Position numbers and translations under genes: made by a program. The notes beneath the pieces are model-generated. The model did no database searches, was not told the DNA's origin, and saw only the letters and a list, made by a program, of their open reading frames with translations. From positions 1 to 36,271 of the forward strand of contig CAZASO010000005.1 in NCBI GenBank assembly GCA_964487825.1: a stretch of DNA of 36,271 bases. Reading direction: 5' to 3'. This stretch comes from an uncultured Gammaproteobacteria bacterium (lineage in GTDB: Bacteria; Cyanobacteriota; Vampirovibrionia; LMEP-6097). Positions 1-7,987 of the stretch are shown here, in pieces (position 1 is the stretch's first letter; every line of letters begins with the position of its first letter).

Positions 1-7
1 AGCCTAC

Positions 8-745
8 TTACTGATAACTCTTAGACACATCCGACAGAGTGTTTAGAGTATTTTGCAGAGCCTTGAATTGGTTTTTGACATTTTTATTGAAACGCTCTTC
101 ATTAGCGGGATCTAGCTCCGTGTTGCGGATGCGCTTGTTTAAGCTACGCACTTCATTTTGAACATCTTTTTTGACGGTTCCATATTCTATACTCGTGATA
201 GTATTTTTGACTTGGTTTTCTAGGTCAGACTTGAAACTATCTGCCTGACGGCTTCCTAGTGCTTTAAGTCCTTGCTCTGCAAAATCTTTGGTGAGTTGCA
301 GTATATCTAACATGAGCCTACTTAGATAGGCGGCATTGAGCGGAGACATACCATTGACAGAGAGTCTATGGTTCTCTAGAGTACGAGTTAGGTTTTGTAG
401 TTCTATAACCTTACCGCCACCAGTCTCAATGCTAGTAATAATGCGGGCTTCAGCGTAAGAAGGTACTGGCATTTGTTTATCAGTGATGAGGATCTTGACA
501 GCTACAGCATTGCTGTTGAGAACGGGGAACATCTGAATGACCTTGCCGACTTTCACTCCGTGAACATAGACGGGAGCACCTTTGCTCAAACCATCTATGT
601 TCATGAAGCTAAGTGTTAAAGTCCTAGCTTCGCGATTTTCGCGATAGCTAGTCCAAGCAAAAAGTAACAAACCTATAAACAGTGCTATTGGCAAGAAGAG
701 TTTGAGGATTAATCCTTTGATAAGTTGAATGATAGCTTGAATCAT
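8..745 (-). CDS. MCE/MlaD-family protein (membrane anchor, MCE domain, coiled-coil tail)
   Basis: 245-aa ORF. It has an N-terminal hydrophobic helix (LFLPIALFIGLLLFAW), then an MCE-like block (LSKGAPVYVHGVKVGKV...AVAVKILI) and a K/E/N-rich helical tail. No mlaE/mlaF partners are in the window, so this is a family-level call only. Confidence 0.65.
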   Translation of the reverse strand: MIQAIIQLIKGLILKLFLPIALFIGLLLFAWTSYRENREARTLTLSFMNIDGLSKGAPVYVHGVKVGKVIQMFPVLNSNAVAVKILITDKQMPVPSYAEARIITSIETGGGKVIELQNLTRTLENHRLSVNGMSPLNAAYLSRLMLDILQLTKDFAEQGLKALGSRQADSFKSDLENQVKNTITSIEYGTVKKDVQNEVRSLNKRIRNTELDPANEERFNKNVKNQFKALQNTLNTLSDVSKSYQ

Positions 746-780
746 TGGGGCTATCTATATTAAAAACGCTTTATCCGCTT

Positions 781-2808
781 TTAGCAACATCTAGAGATTT
801 TGTCATAATCTTCTTTGGATTTAGTTTTGAAGAGGCTTTGAGCGTCAAAGGGGCAATCGCCTCTTATTTTGCTGGGGATATATTCGGCTTCGAAGCTTGT
901 CATAGTCTCAGATCTGAGGGCTCTGATATATAGAGAGAGGGTCCCGAAGATGACAATCCAAAGACAAGACAAAAACAACAAAGCTAGATAGCCGACGAGA
1001 GCTTCTGAATGTAGAAATTTATCTATGCCGGCAATACTAGTAATCAGGACTAACCACAATAGTGGTACTACCGTGATCCAGATGTATTGAAGTTTGTTGG
1101 ATTTGATGAGAAGAGCTGTGCAAATGCAAAGCGCCATAGAGGCTAACATTTGGTTGGCGATACCAAAAAGAGGCCAGAGTAAATTTACTCCACCGCTGGG
1201 ATCTACAACTCCAATATATAAAAAATATCCCCAAGCACCGACTATAAGCAGACTGGCAAAAATATTTGCTCTTGCTGAAGAGGTCTTGCCTAGTGGCTTC
1301 CAGAGATGAGCCAGTAGATCTTGAAGCATGAACCTTGCGACCCTAGTACCAGCATCTAGAGTTGTAAGTATGAAAACAGCTTCGAACATAATTGCGAAAT
1401 GATACCAAAGACTTAGAAGGCTATCACCAAAAACCCGACTGAAAATTTGAGCCATGCCTATAGCTAGAGAAGGGGCACCGCCACTACGGGCTAATAAGCT
1501 TTCTTCACCAACAGAGTGAGCTAATTTTTGCATTGTTTCGGGGCTCAATGGAAAACCCCAAGAACTAATGGTAGAGCAGGCTGTAGTCAAATCCTCACCT
1601 ACTATGCTGGCGGGACTATTGATGGCGAAATAAACACCGGGATCTAAGATGGATGCAGCAATAATAGCCATTAGGGCAACCAAAGATTCTAGTAGCATGC
1701 TGCCATAAGCTATAAGTCTAATGTCTTTTTCATTGGCGATAATCTTAGGGGTAGTGCCAGAAGCTACTAATGAGTGGAAGCCAGATATAGCTCCGCAAGC
1801 TATAGTGATGAACATGAACGGGAAAATCTTGCCAGCAAAAACTGGACCACTACCATCCACAAACCTAGTCAGGGCCGGCATTTGAAGCTCGGGTCTGAGA
1901 ATTACTATAGCTATGAGTAATAAAAAAATAGTCCCGAGTTTAAGGTAGCTAGATAAATAATCTCTGGGTGCAAGTAAGAGCCAAACGGGAAGACTCGCTG
2001 CCATAAATCCATAAATCATCACAGCCCAAGCTAGGCTCTCTCCACTTAAATTGAAATAAGGAGCCCAAGAACTATTTGCGATATATTCTCCGCCTATAAC
2101 TCCTGCTAGCACCAAGGTTAAACCTAAGACAGAAGCTTCTATGATGCGATGAGGCCTAAGGTACTGTAAATAAAGTCCGACTATTATGGCCGTGGGTATG
2201 GTAGAAGCTACGGTAAAAGTCGCCCAAGGACTATGTTTCATGGCTTTGACTACTACTAACCCCAAAACTGATATAAGTATGATGACTATAAGTAAAGTTC
2301 CGATAAGGGTGGTGAGTCCTACGATAGGACCAAGTTCTTCTTTGGCCATTTGTCCTAGGCTACGACCATTGCGCCTAGTCGAGAAAAATAAAACCATCAT
2401 GTCTTGAACAGCACCAGCAACGATGGAACCTATAAGTATCCATAGTGTGCCGGGTAGATAGCCAAACTGTGCTGCTAGAGTGGGTCCTATGAGAGGACCG
2501 GGTCCTGCTATGGCTGCGAAATGATGCCCAAAGACTATCCATTTGTTGGTAGCTATAAAATCTTTACCATCATGTAGTCTTTCGCTAGGACAAGCACGGC
2601 TAGGATCTAAGACTAGGACTTTGGCTCCTATCCAAGCAGCATAGAATCTATAGCCTATGACATAGCAGCAGAGAGCCGCTGAGATGAACCATAGAGCGTT
2701 GATCTTCTCGTGTTGTATTAAAGCGATGAAAGCTATTAAACAAGCAGCTCCGATAGAGGCAAGTAAAACTCTTTTGGAGAAAAATTTATTGCGATTGAGG
2801 TAGCTCAT
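781..2808 (-). CDS. cstA: Carbon starvation protein A (peptide/pyruvate transporter family)
   Basis: 675-aa polytopic ORF with characteristic CstA N-terminal blocks (GYRFYA...VLDPSR..PS....DG.DF..TNKW.VFGHHFAAIAGPGPLIGPTLAAQFGYLPG.LWI..G....GAVQD). Confidence 0.9.
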   Translation of the reverse strand: MSYLNRNKFFSKRVLLASIGAACLIAFIALIQHEKINALWFISAALCCYVIGYRFYAAWIGAKVLVLDPSRACPSERLHDGKDFIATNKWIVFGHHFAAIAGPGPLIGPTLAAQFGYLPGTLWILIGSIVAGAVQDMMVLFFSTRRNGRSLGQMAKEELGPIVGLTTLIGTLLIVIILISVLGLVVVKAMKHSPWATFTVASTIPTAIIVGLYLQYLRPHRIIEASVLGLTLVLAGVIGGEYIANSSWAPYFNLSGESLAWAVMIYGFMAASLPVWLLLAPRDYLSSYLKLGTIFLLLIAIVILRPELQMPALTRFVDGSGPVFAGKIFPFMFITIACGAISGFHSLVASGTTPKIIANEKDIRLIAYGSMLLESLVALMAIIAASILDPGVYFAINSPASIVGEDLTTACSTISSWGFPLSPETMQKLAHSVGEESLLARSGGAPSLAIGMAQIFSRVFGDSLLSLWYHFAIMFEAVFILTTLDAGTRVARFMLQDLLAHLWKPLGKTSSARANIFASLLIVGAWGYFLYIGVVDPSGGVNLLWPLFGIANQMLASMALCICTALLIKSNKLQYIWITVVPLLWLVLITSIAGIDKFLHSEALVGYLALLFLSCLWIVIFGTLSLYIRALRSETMTSFEAEYIPSKIRGDCPFDAQSLFKTKSKEDYDKISRCC

Positions 2809-2809
2809 C

Positions 2810-4441
2810 TTAGCTCACTTTGGATGTTTCTGTTAGGACTATGTTGCAGATGCGCTGGCTACTAGCGTTGATGCTACGCAGGACATCCAAGACTTCTAGG
2901 TTGATACGATCATGTTCTAAGTTCTTGTCGTTGTGTATTTGTTCTATGGCTGTAGCTCTGAATTGTTCTGCAAAAGAACTCATTCTATCTATGTTTCTAG
3001 ATATTTTGATGGCAGCTTCTGGAGATTTACGCAAGAAAGAGTCTGTAGCATAGTTGAAGGACCTCACAGTATGGAAGAAATATGAGTCTAAGCCTTGGAA
3101 TCTTGTATCAAAGACTGGGATTTGTCTATCCATGCCTTCTAAGGTATAGCTCAGTCTATGTACTATATGCTCGATTTCATTAATTATTGAACTTTGGTTC
3201 AGTATGTCTGTGGTCTCTGTGATACCTAGCTTGAAACTCCCTCTAGCATTGAGTTTGCTCAAAAATTTACTAAGATCTCTTCTTAGTTCACGATGATCTC
3301 TTTTGAGGTTTTCGATGCGAGCATAATCTAATTCGTGTTGTTTGAGAAAATATTTACCAGAGAGGCAGAGCATTTCTCTTACTATGCTGCGCATGCAGCG
3401 AATGGCTTCTCTGGATTGGGCTAGAGCAATATCTGGGTTGCTAGAAAATTGACTGATGATGGGGAGATTGTATTTTTGTCGAAGAGAGTCTTGATCCGCA
3501 GGAACCAGTATGGAGCAAAGCCAGACTAGCTGCTTGATAAAAGGTAGGGCTAAGGCTACGGTGATGATATTAAAAACCGTTTGGGAATTGGCTATAAATT
3601 GAGCCACATTATTAGGTGGACTAAAACTACTAATAAAAGCTGTGAATTGAGGAATGATAAAAGCAAAAGGCAAGACCCCAAGAATATTGAAGACTATATG
3701 TGCTGCAGCTACGCGTTTGGCTTGGTAAGAGGTTTTGAGAGATACTATCACGGCAGTTACACAGGTTCCGATATTGGCTCCTAGCATAAGAGGCACAGCG
3801 GCTTCTACCGTTAATAGGCCTTGCATGCCAAGTCCTATCATGACCCCTAAAGCCCCAGCACTAGAGTGTATGAGGGCTGTAAAAGCTGCTCCAACCAAAA
3901 TCCCGACAATAGGGCTTTCGAAGTTCTGCATCATGTCCAAGAAGATCTGAGAATGTCTAAGAGGCTTCATGGAATCAGACATTAGCTGTAGACCATAGAG
4001 CATAATGCCACTAGCCATAATGGCATTACCTATATAAATATTTTGATTGCGTTTAGCCAAAGTCTGGATCATAAAACCCATGAAGACTATTGCTAGAGAC
4101 CATTTGACTATGTTGATAGCCATTATATGAGCTGTTACTGTGGTTCCTATATTGGCTCCTAGCATCACACCTATAGTGCGTTCAAAATTAATAAGACCAG
4201 ACTGGACAAAAGAAACCAGAATAGAAGTGACTGCTGTACTGCTTTGTACTATGCCTGTGAGTAAAGTACCCAAAAGAACCCCTAACCAAGTATTACGGGT
4301 GGCTTGTTCTATGGCTAATTTGAAATTAGGACCTGCTGCATTACGCAAATTCAGATCCATTACATCTAGACCGTAAAGTAAAAGAGCCGTCCCTCCTAAT
4401 AAAGTTACGATAGAAAGGAAACTAAAGCTTTCTTGAGTCAT
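2810..4441 (-). CDS. Na+/phosphate cotransporter family protein with C-terminal PhoU-like region
   Basis: 543-aa ORF. It carries duplicated Na_Pi_cotrans-type repeats (VQSSTAVTSILVSF...MLGANIGTTVTA and IHSSAGALGVMIGL...MLGANIGTCVTA), followed by a soluble helical C-terminal domain as in the YjbB/NptA family. Confidence 0.85.
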   Translation of the reverse strand: MTQESFSFLSIVTLLGGTALLLYGLDVMDLNLRNAAGPNFKLAIEQATRNTWLGVLLGTLLTGIVQSSTAVTSILVSFVQSGLINFERTIGVMLGANIGTTVTAHIMAINIVKWSLAIVFMGFMIQTLAKRNQNIYIGNAIMASGIMLYGLQLMSDSMKPLRHSQIFLDMMQNFESPIVGILVGAAFTALIHSSAGALGVMIGLGMQGLLTVEAAVPLMLGANIGTCVTAVIVSLKTSYQAKRVAAAHIVFNILGVLPFAFIIPQFTAFISSFSPPNNVAQFIANSQTVFNIITVALALPFIKQLVWLCSILVPADQDSLRQKYNLPIISQFSSNPDIALAQSREAIRCMRSIVREMLCLSGKYFLKQHELDYARIENLKRDHRELRRDLSKFLSKLNARGSFKLGITETTDILNQSSIINEIEHIVHRLSYTLEGMDRQIPVFDTRFQGLDSYFFHTVRSFNYATDSFLRKSPEAAIKISRNIDRMSSFAEQFRATAIEQIHNDKNLEHDRINLEVLDVLRSINASSQRICNIVLTETSKVS

Positions 4442-4478
4442 GCTCAGCAGGCGATTTTAGCATAAGACTAGAAGCCAC

Positions 4479-5891
4479 TCATGGCTGCTGTGATTTTTGA
4501 GGTTTTGCTGGAAAGTAGATAGAACCCAAAGCAAAACCTATAAAGCTCATGCTGAGCCCGATTAAAAGGCTGGGAACTTTAGTTCCTGCTATTACAAATC
4601 CATAATTATCTGCATAGAGCAGACCTGAGATACCTAGCCAGATAGACAGCTGTGCTGCAAGCTCATTGCGAGTTTGGGTCCAAAGGGCCATGACCAAGGG
4701 TACAAAAAGAGAAACCAAACTTAATACAGAGGAAGCACCAACTAATTCATAAATGCTTTTATTGCCATGAGCAAGTATTAGTGCAGAGACTCCTATGATG
4801 ATTACGGAGGCTCTTAAAATGCGGAGTAATTGTTTGTCGCTGATTTTATGACTGAGAGCGGGTTTGATGAGATTTTCTGCTAATACTGTTGCAGGAGCTA
4901 ACATTGCTCCGCTAGCGGTACTCATCACGGCGGATAGAAAAGCCCCGAAGAACATAATTTGTATCCAAAGATCATCTTTATTGACTATAGATAGTAATAA
5001 AGTTTGTTTGTTCAAATGCTCAAGATCCAGTAGGCCATTGGCTTTGGCGAGCATGACTATAAGTAATGGCAAGAGTCCTACCGTCATATATAGTATGCAA
5101 GCCAGATAGGAAGATAGTTGAGCATTGTCTTCTGAGTCTGAAGTCATAACTCTTTGGAAGACATCTTGTTGAGCGATAGAACCCATGCCTATGGTTATCC
5201 AAGCTGCTATGTAGTTCAACCAAGCTTCGGTATTGGCTGGGGGTATGAAATTAAAAAAATCAGGCGGATAAGAATTAAAAACAGCGGCTAGATCTGGAGT
5301 TTGGATGAGAAGTTTGATAGTAATGAAGACTAATCCAAAAATAATTACTATGGTTTGTATGAAATCTGTAATAGAGATAGCGAACATGCCACCAGCATAG
5401 GTATAGGCTAAGACGACGATAGTCGAAACCCAGATACCAATGCTTTGCTCTAAGCCAGTCACTGTCTCAAGTACAGTGGCTACTGCTATGAGTTGAGCGG
5501 CCACCCAGCCGATATAGGAGAGAACCATAAAAATACTGGCGACTATCTCTACTCTTCGCCCAAATCTTCTAGCAAAGAGATCGTTAATGGTCAGCATATC
5601 CAGCCTATACATCTTGCGTGCAAAAAAAGCCCCTACCAAAAACAAACAAAGAGCAGCTCCGAAAGGATCTTCTATGACTCCTAAAAGTCCCCCATTCATA
5701 AACTCAACAGGGGCTCCTAACATAGTTTCAGCACCAAACCAAGTTGCAAAGATTGCAGCTGTGCTGATCATCAAAGGCATTTTTTTATTAGCGGTTGCAA
5801 AATCTTTTGCGCTTTTGATAAAACGAGTCGCTCCTAAGCCGATGATGATAGTTATCAGAAGATATAAAAATATAAAAGAGAGCAAGACCAT
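4479..5891 (-). CDS. Sodium:solute symporter (SSF/SLC5) family transporter, substrate unknown
   Basis: 470-aa polytopic ORF with an SSF-type N-terminus (AKDFATANKKMPL.IS.AAIFATWFGAETMLGAP) and about 12-13 hydrophobic segments. Confidence 0.8.
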   Translation of the reverse strand: MVLLSFIFLYLLITIIIGLGATRFIKSAKDFATANKKMPLMISTAAIFATWFGAETMLGAPVEFMNGGLLGVIEDPFGAALCLFLVGAFFARKMYRLDMLTINDLFARRFGRRVEIVASIFMVLSYIGWVAAQLIAVATVLETVTGLEQSIGIWVSTIVVLAYTYAGGMFAISITDFIQTIVIIFGLVFITIKLLIQTPDLAAVFNSYPPDFFNFIPPANTEAWLNYIAAWITIGMGSIAQQDVFQRVMTSDSEDNAQLSSYLACILYMTVGLLPLLIVMLAKANGLLDLEHLNKQTLLLSIVNKDDLWIQIMFFGAFLSAVMSTASGAMLAPATVLAENLIKPALSHKISDKQLLRILRASVIIIGVSALILAHGNKSIYELVGASSVLSLVSLFVPLVMALWTQTRNELAAQLSIWLGISGLLYADNYGFVIAGTKVPSLLIGLSMSFIGFALGSIYFPAKPQKSQQP

Positions 5892-6024
5892 GGCAATATT
5901 TTATCGCTCTCTGCCGAAAACACCTGTTCTTCAGGGTAGGGATGAAAGGCAGTCGCAGAGGGCTTTGTTCGAAAATATAATTCAATAGTTTGCTCTGGAT
6001 TATGGAGCTGCTAAAATAAAAGTC

Positions 6025-6522
6025 ATGACTAATCTTGAACCTAATAGTTTTGCCAAAAGAAGCAGTGTTGAACAGGTGGAAGAGGGTCTTGAATTGGCTC
6101 CTAAGTTCGATATCTCTGGTCTTATTCCAGTTGTTTGCACAGATTATGCCTCAGGTGAGCTTTTGATGCATGCTTACATGAATGAGGAAGCTCTGCGTAA
6201 AAGTATAGAGACTGGTGAAGCTCATTATTATAGTCGTAGCCGTCAGATCCTCTGGCATAAAGGCGCAACTAGTGGTTTAGTCCAAAAAATTAAAGAACTG
6301 CGTATAGATGATGATCAAGATTGTATCTGGATGAGAGTGAGTGTTGAAGGCTCAGGAGCCAGTTGCCATGTGGGTTATAGGTCTTGTTTTTATAGAGCTA
6401 TTCCTTTGAATTTAACTTCTGTTAAGCAATTTTCAGACCTAAGATTAGAATTTTTGGAAGAAGCTAAGACCTTTGATCCACAAGAGGTTTACGGAGATGC
6501 TCCAAATCCGACTCAACTCTAA
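6025..6522 (+). CDS. hisI: Phosphoribosyl-AMP cyclohydrolase (monofunctional HisI)
   Basis: 165-aa ORF with HisI core motifs ([45 protein letters not shown]...DDDQDC....V...[13 protein letters not shown]). There is no HisE domain and no other his genes nearby. Confidence 0.9.
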   Translation: MTNLEPNSFAKRSSVEQVEEGLELAPKFDISGLIPVVCTDYASGELLMHAYMNEEALRKSIETGEAHYYSRSRQILWHKGATSGLVQKIKELRIDDDQDCIWMRVSVEGSGASCHVGYRSCFYRAIPLNLTSVKQFSDLRLEFLEEAKTFDPQEVYGDAPNPTQL

Positions 6523-6770
6523 TTAGATCTTTTGAGGCTCTCTTTATTGATATCCTGTAGGGCTTCATAAAATTCTATTGACCAAGAGCCCCTATATTTA
6601 CGAGCAGCATTGCGATATTTAGTCTGGAATTTTTCCAAAAAAGCATCTGACCACTCTAGGACTGGGCCTTTGGCCTTTAGGCTTTGTTTATATTCGTCAA
6701 GAAGCTTGCTCAGAACTTTCGCTGTGTTAGCCTGTGTTTGGGTAGCCATTTGTCTTGCATATGTTAGCAA
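6519..6770 (-). CDS. Hypothetical small helical protein (83 aa from TTG, or 76 aa from ATG at 6749)
   Basis: The ORF exactly fills the gap between the hisI stop and a strong hairpin. The K/E/A-rich sequence looks coding. I recognise no family and see no clear RBS. Confidence 0.4.
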   Translation of the reverse strand: MLTYARQMATQTQANTAKVLSKLLDEYKQSLKAKGPVLEWSDAFLEKFQTKYRNAARKYRGSWSIEFYEALQDINKESLKRSN

Positions 6771-6778
6771 AACTAGCT

Positions 6779-6805
6779 AAAAGCCTTTAGTAAAGGCTTT
6801 TTTTT
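6779..6805. terminator. Bidirectional-looking intrinsic terminator hairpin
   Basis: AAAAGCCTTT-agt-AAAGGCTTTT forms a 10-bp stem at 6779-6801 and is followed by further T residues to 6805 on the + strand. A-run/T-run flanks allow function in both directions. The GC core is only 3 bp, so the strength is uncertain. Confidence 0.5.
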
Positions 6806-6847
6806 GGCTCCAATGCGTATGGCGTATTGTGATAATATGAATTAGGC

Positions 6848-7831
6848 TTGTCTAGTATTCCAGCTCTTCTTAGACCCCAGCCAGTCCGAGGCAATAAACT
6901 TAGCTTGGCTAGTGATGAGCAAGCTAAGAGCAAGTTTAGGGCAACTAGGACTAATGCTTTTACAATAAATTTTATAGATTTTTTAGAGCAACACAAGAGT
7001 TCTATTTTGAGTATTGCTAATTATGGTCAAGCGACAGCTAATGCGGTTTCTTTTCTTAGTCAAATTCCGGCTCTAAAACCTCTTGCAAACTTAGGACAGA
7101 AAACTGGAGAACTTGGGACTAAAATATTTTTTTTAATCAATGGTGCGATTAATGCAGCTCAACAATTTAGATACAAAAATCTTACAAGTGCTATTGGTTA
7201 TTTGGTTTATGTTTTTAATGGTTTATTTGTTCCACAAAAACATACTTATATGATGAATGGTTTGGGGGTAGCTCTTACTCAGTGGTCAAATCAAGTCAAC
7301 AATATTATGAAGGTCTCTCGCTCCTTTCCTAGTATTGGAGCGCATTTCAGTAATTTCATCCAAGGTAGTTGCAAAATTATAGAACAAAGTTGGCGTAATC
7401 CTATTCGAGCAATCATAGAAGGTAAACCTATACTAGGTCTTAGCGGAGCCTTTTTATCTCTATTGGGTTTTGGTTATTGGCTTATCACTGGTGATGACAA
7501 AATAGGAGCCCTTATTAGGGATACTGGTGGTGGAGTTGTAGATGCAGAGCAACTTCTACCTCATCAATGGCATTTCAAAAGATTTAACTATATTAAATCT
7601 GGTTTTGCTTATTTGGCTGGGACTTTATTTGATTTAGGTTCCAAATTTATTCCTAATTACTCCCAGTATCTTCGTCCTCTTAGTTTTCTCTGGGATGGTT
7701 TTGGTAGATATTTTCAAGGACTCTCAGAGCAGAACAACGAAATGGGTCTTGGGCATTTAAGTCCGTCAGAAGCTAAGTCTCTATCCATGATGGATGTCGC
7801 CTCAAAACAGCGTTTAGGAGCGCGTCCTTAA
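6848..7831 (+). CDS. Hypothetical protein (orphan; likely membrane-associated)
   Basis: 327-codon open frame with no in-frame ATG before codon ~134. Candidate starts are TTG 6848 or TTG 7007, the latter preceded by AAGAG at 6995-6999. Hydrophobic/Gly-rich segments are present (ILGLSGAFLSLLGFGYWLI). The last ~18 codons and the TAA stop lie inside a repeat element. I recognise no family. Confidence 0.5.
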   Translation: MSSIPALLRPQPVRGNKLSLASDEQAKSKFRATRTNAFTINFIDFLEQHKSSILSIANYGQATANAVSFLSQIPALKPLANLGQKTGELGTKIFFLINGAINAAQQFRYKNLTSAIGYLVYVFNGLFVPQKHTYMMNGLGVALTQWSNQVNNIMKVSRSFPSIGAHFSNFIQGSCKIIEQSWRNPIRAIIEGKPILGLSGAFLSLLGFGYWLITGDDKIGALIRDTGGGVVDAEQLLPHQWHFKRFNYIKSGFAYLAGTLFDLGSKFIPNYSQYLRPLSFLWDGFGRYFQGLSEQNNEMGLGHLSPSEAKSLSMMDVASKQRLGARP

Positions 7832-7966
7832 GGACCCGCTGAAAAATACAAAATACGGTAAAGTCGCAAACTGCGACCGTGGCTCAGCCCCGCTCGCAGA
7901 GCGGGTCCTTAAGTCTCTATCCCTACGGATGTCGCTTCAAAACTTCGTTTTTCAGCGCATCCTTAA
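7775..7966. repeat. Composite REP/MITE-like repeat cluster: two ~56-nt direct copies flanking a 79-nt palindromic unit
   Basis: Copy 1 (7775-7831) and copy 2 (7911-7966) align over their full length: AAGTCTCTATCC...GGATGTCGC.TCAAAAC..CGTTT...GCGC.TCCTTAA. The segment 7832-7910 is bounded by a perfect 11-nt inverted repeat, AAGGACCCGCT (7830-7840) and AGCGGGTCCTT (7900-7910). It contains two stem-loops: GTCGCA-aac-TGCGAC (7863-7877) and CCCGCTC-gca-GAGCGGG (7889-7905). Confidence 0.85.
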
Positions 7967-7987
7967 TTTGCTAATATCGTAAGTGTA

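Noticed and set aside
5892-6024. Possible riboswitch or leader upstream of the sodium:solute symporter. On the minus strand, CTCTGC...GCAGAG closes a ~50-nt G/C-containing region.
   Set aside because: I recognise no match to any riboswitch consensus (glycine, guanidine/ykkC, and so on). The only pairing is a single 6-bp closing stem. The region also has to hold the divergent hisI promoter. The evidence is insufficient.
6787-6996. 69-aa antisense ORF with a good lipoprotein signal peptide (lipobox LLAC) that ends in the terminator hairpin.
   Set aside because: I did not list it as a feature. It shares wobble positions with the overlapping 327-codon frame, which is a typical shadow-ORF geometry. 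It starts with TTG without an RBS, and its third-position composition simply mirrors the + frame. It is kept as an open question in the findings.
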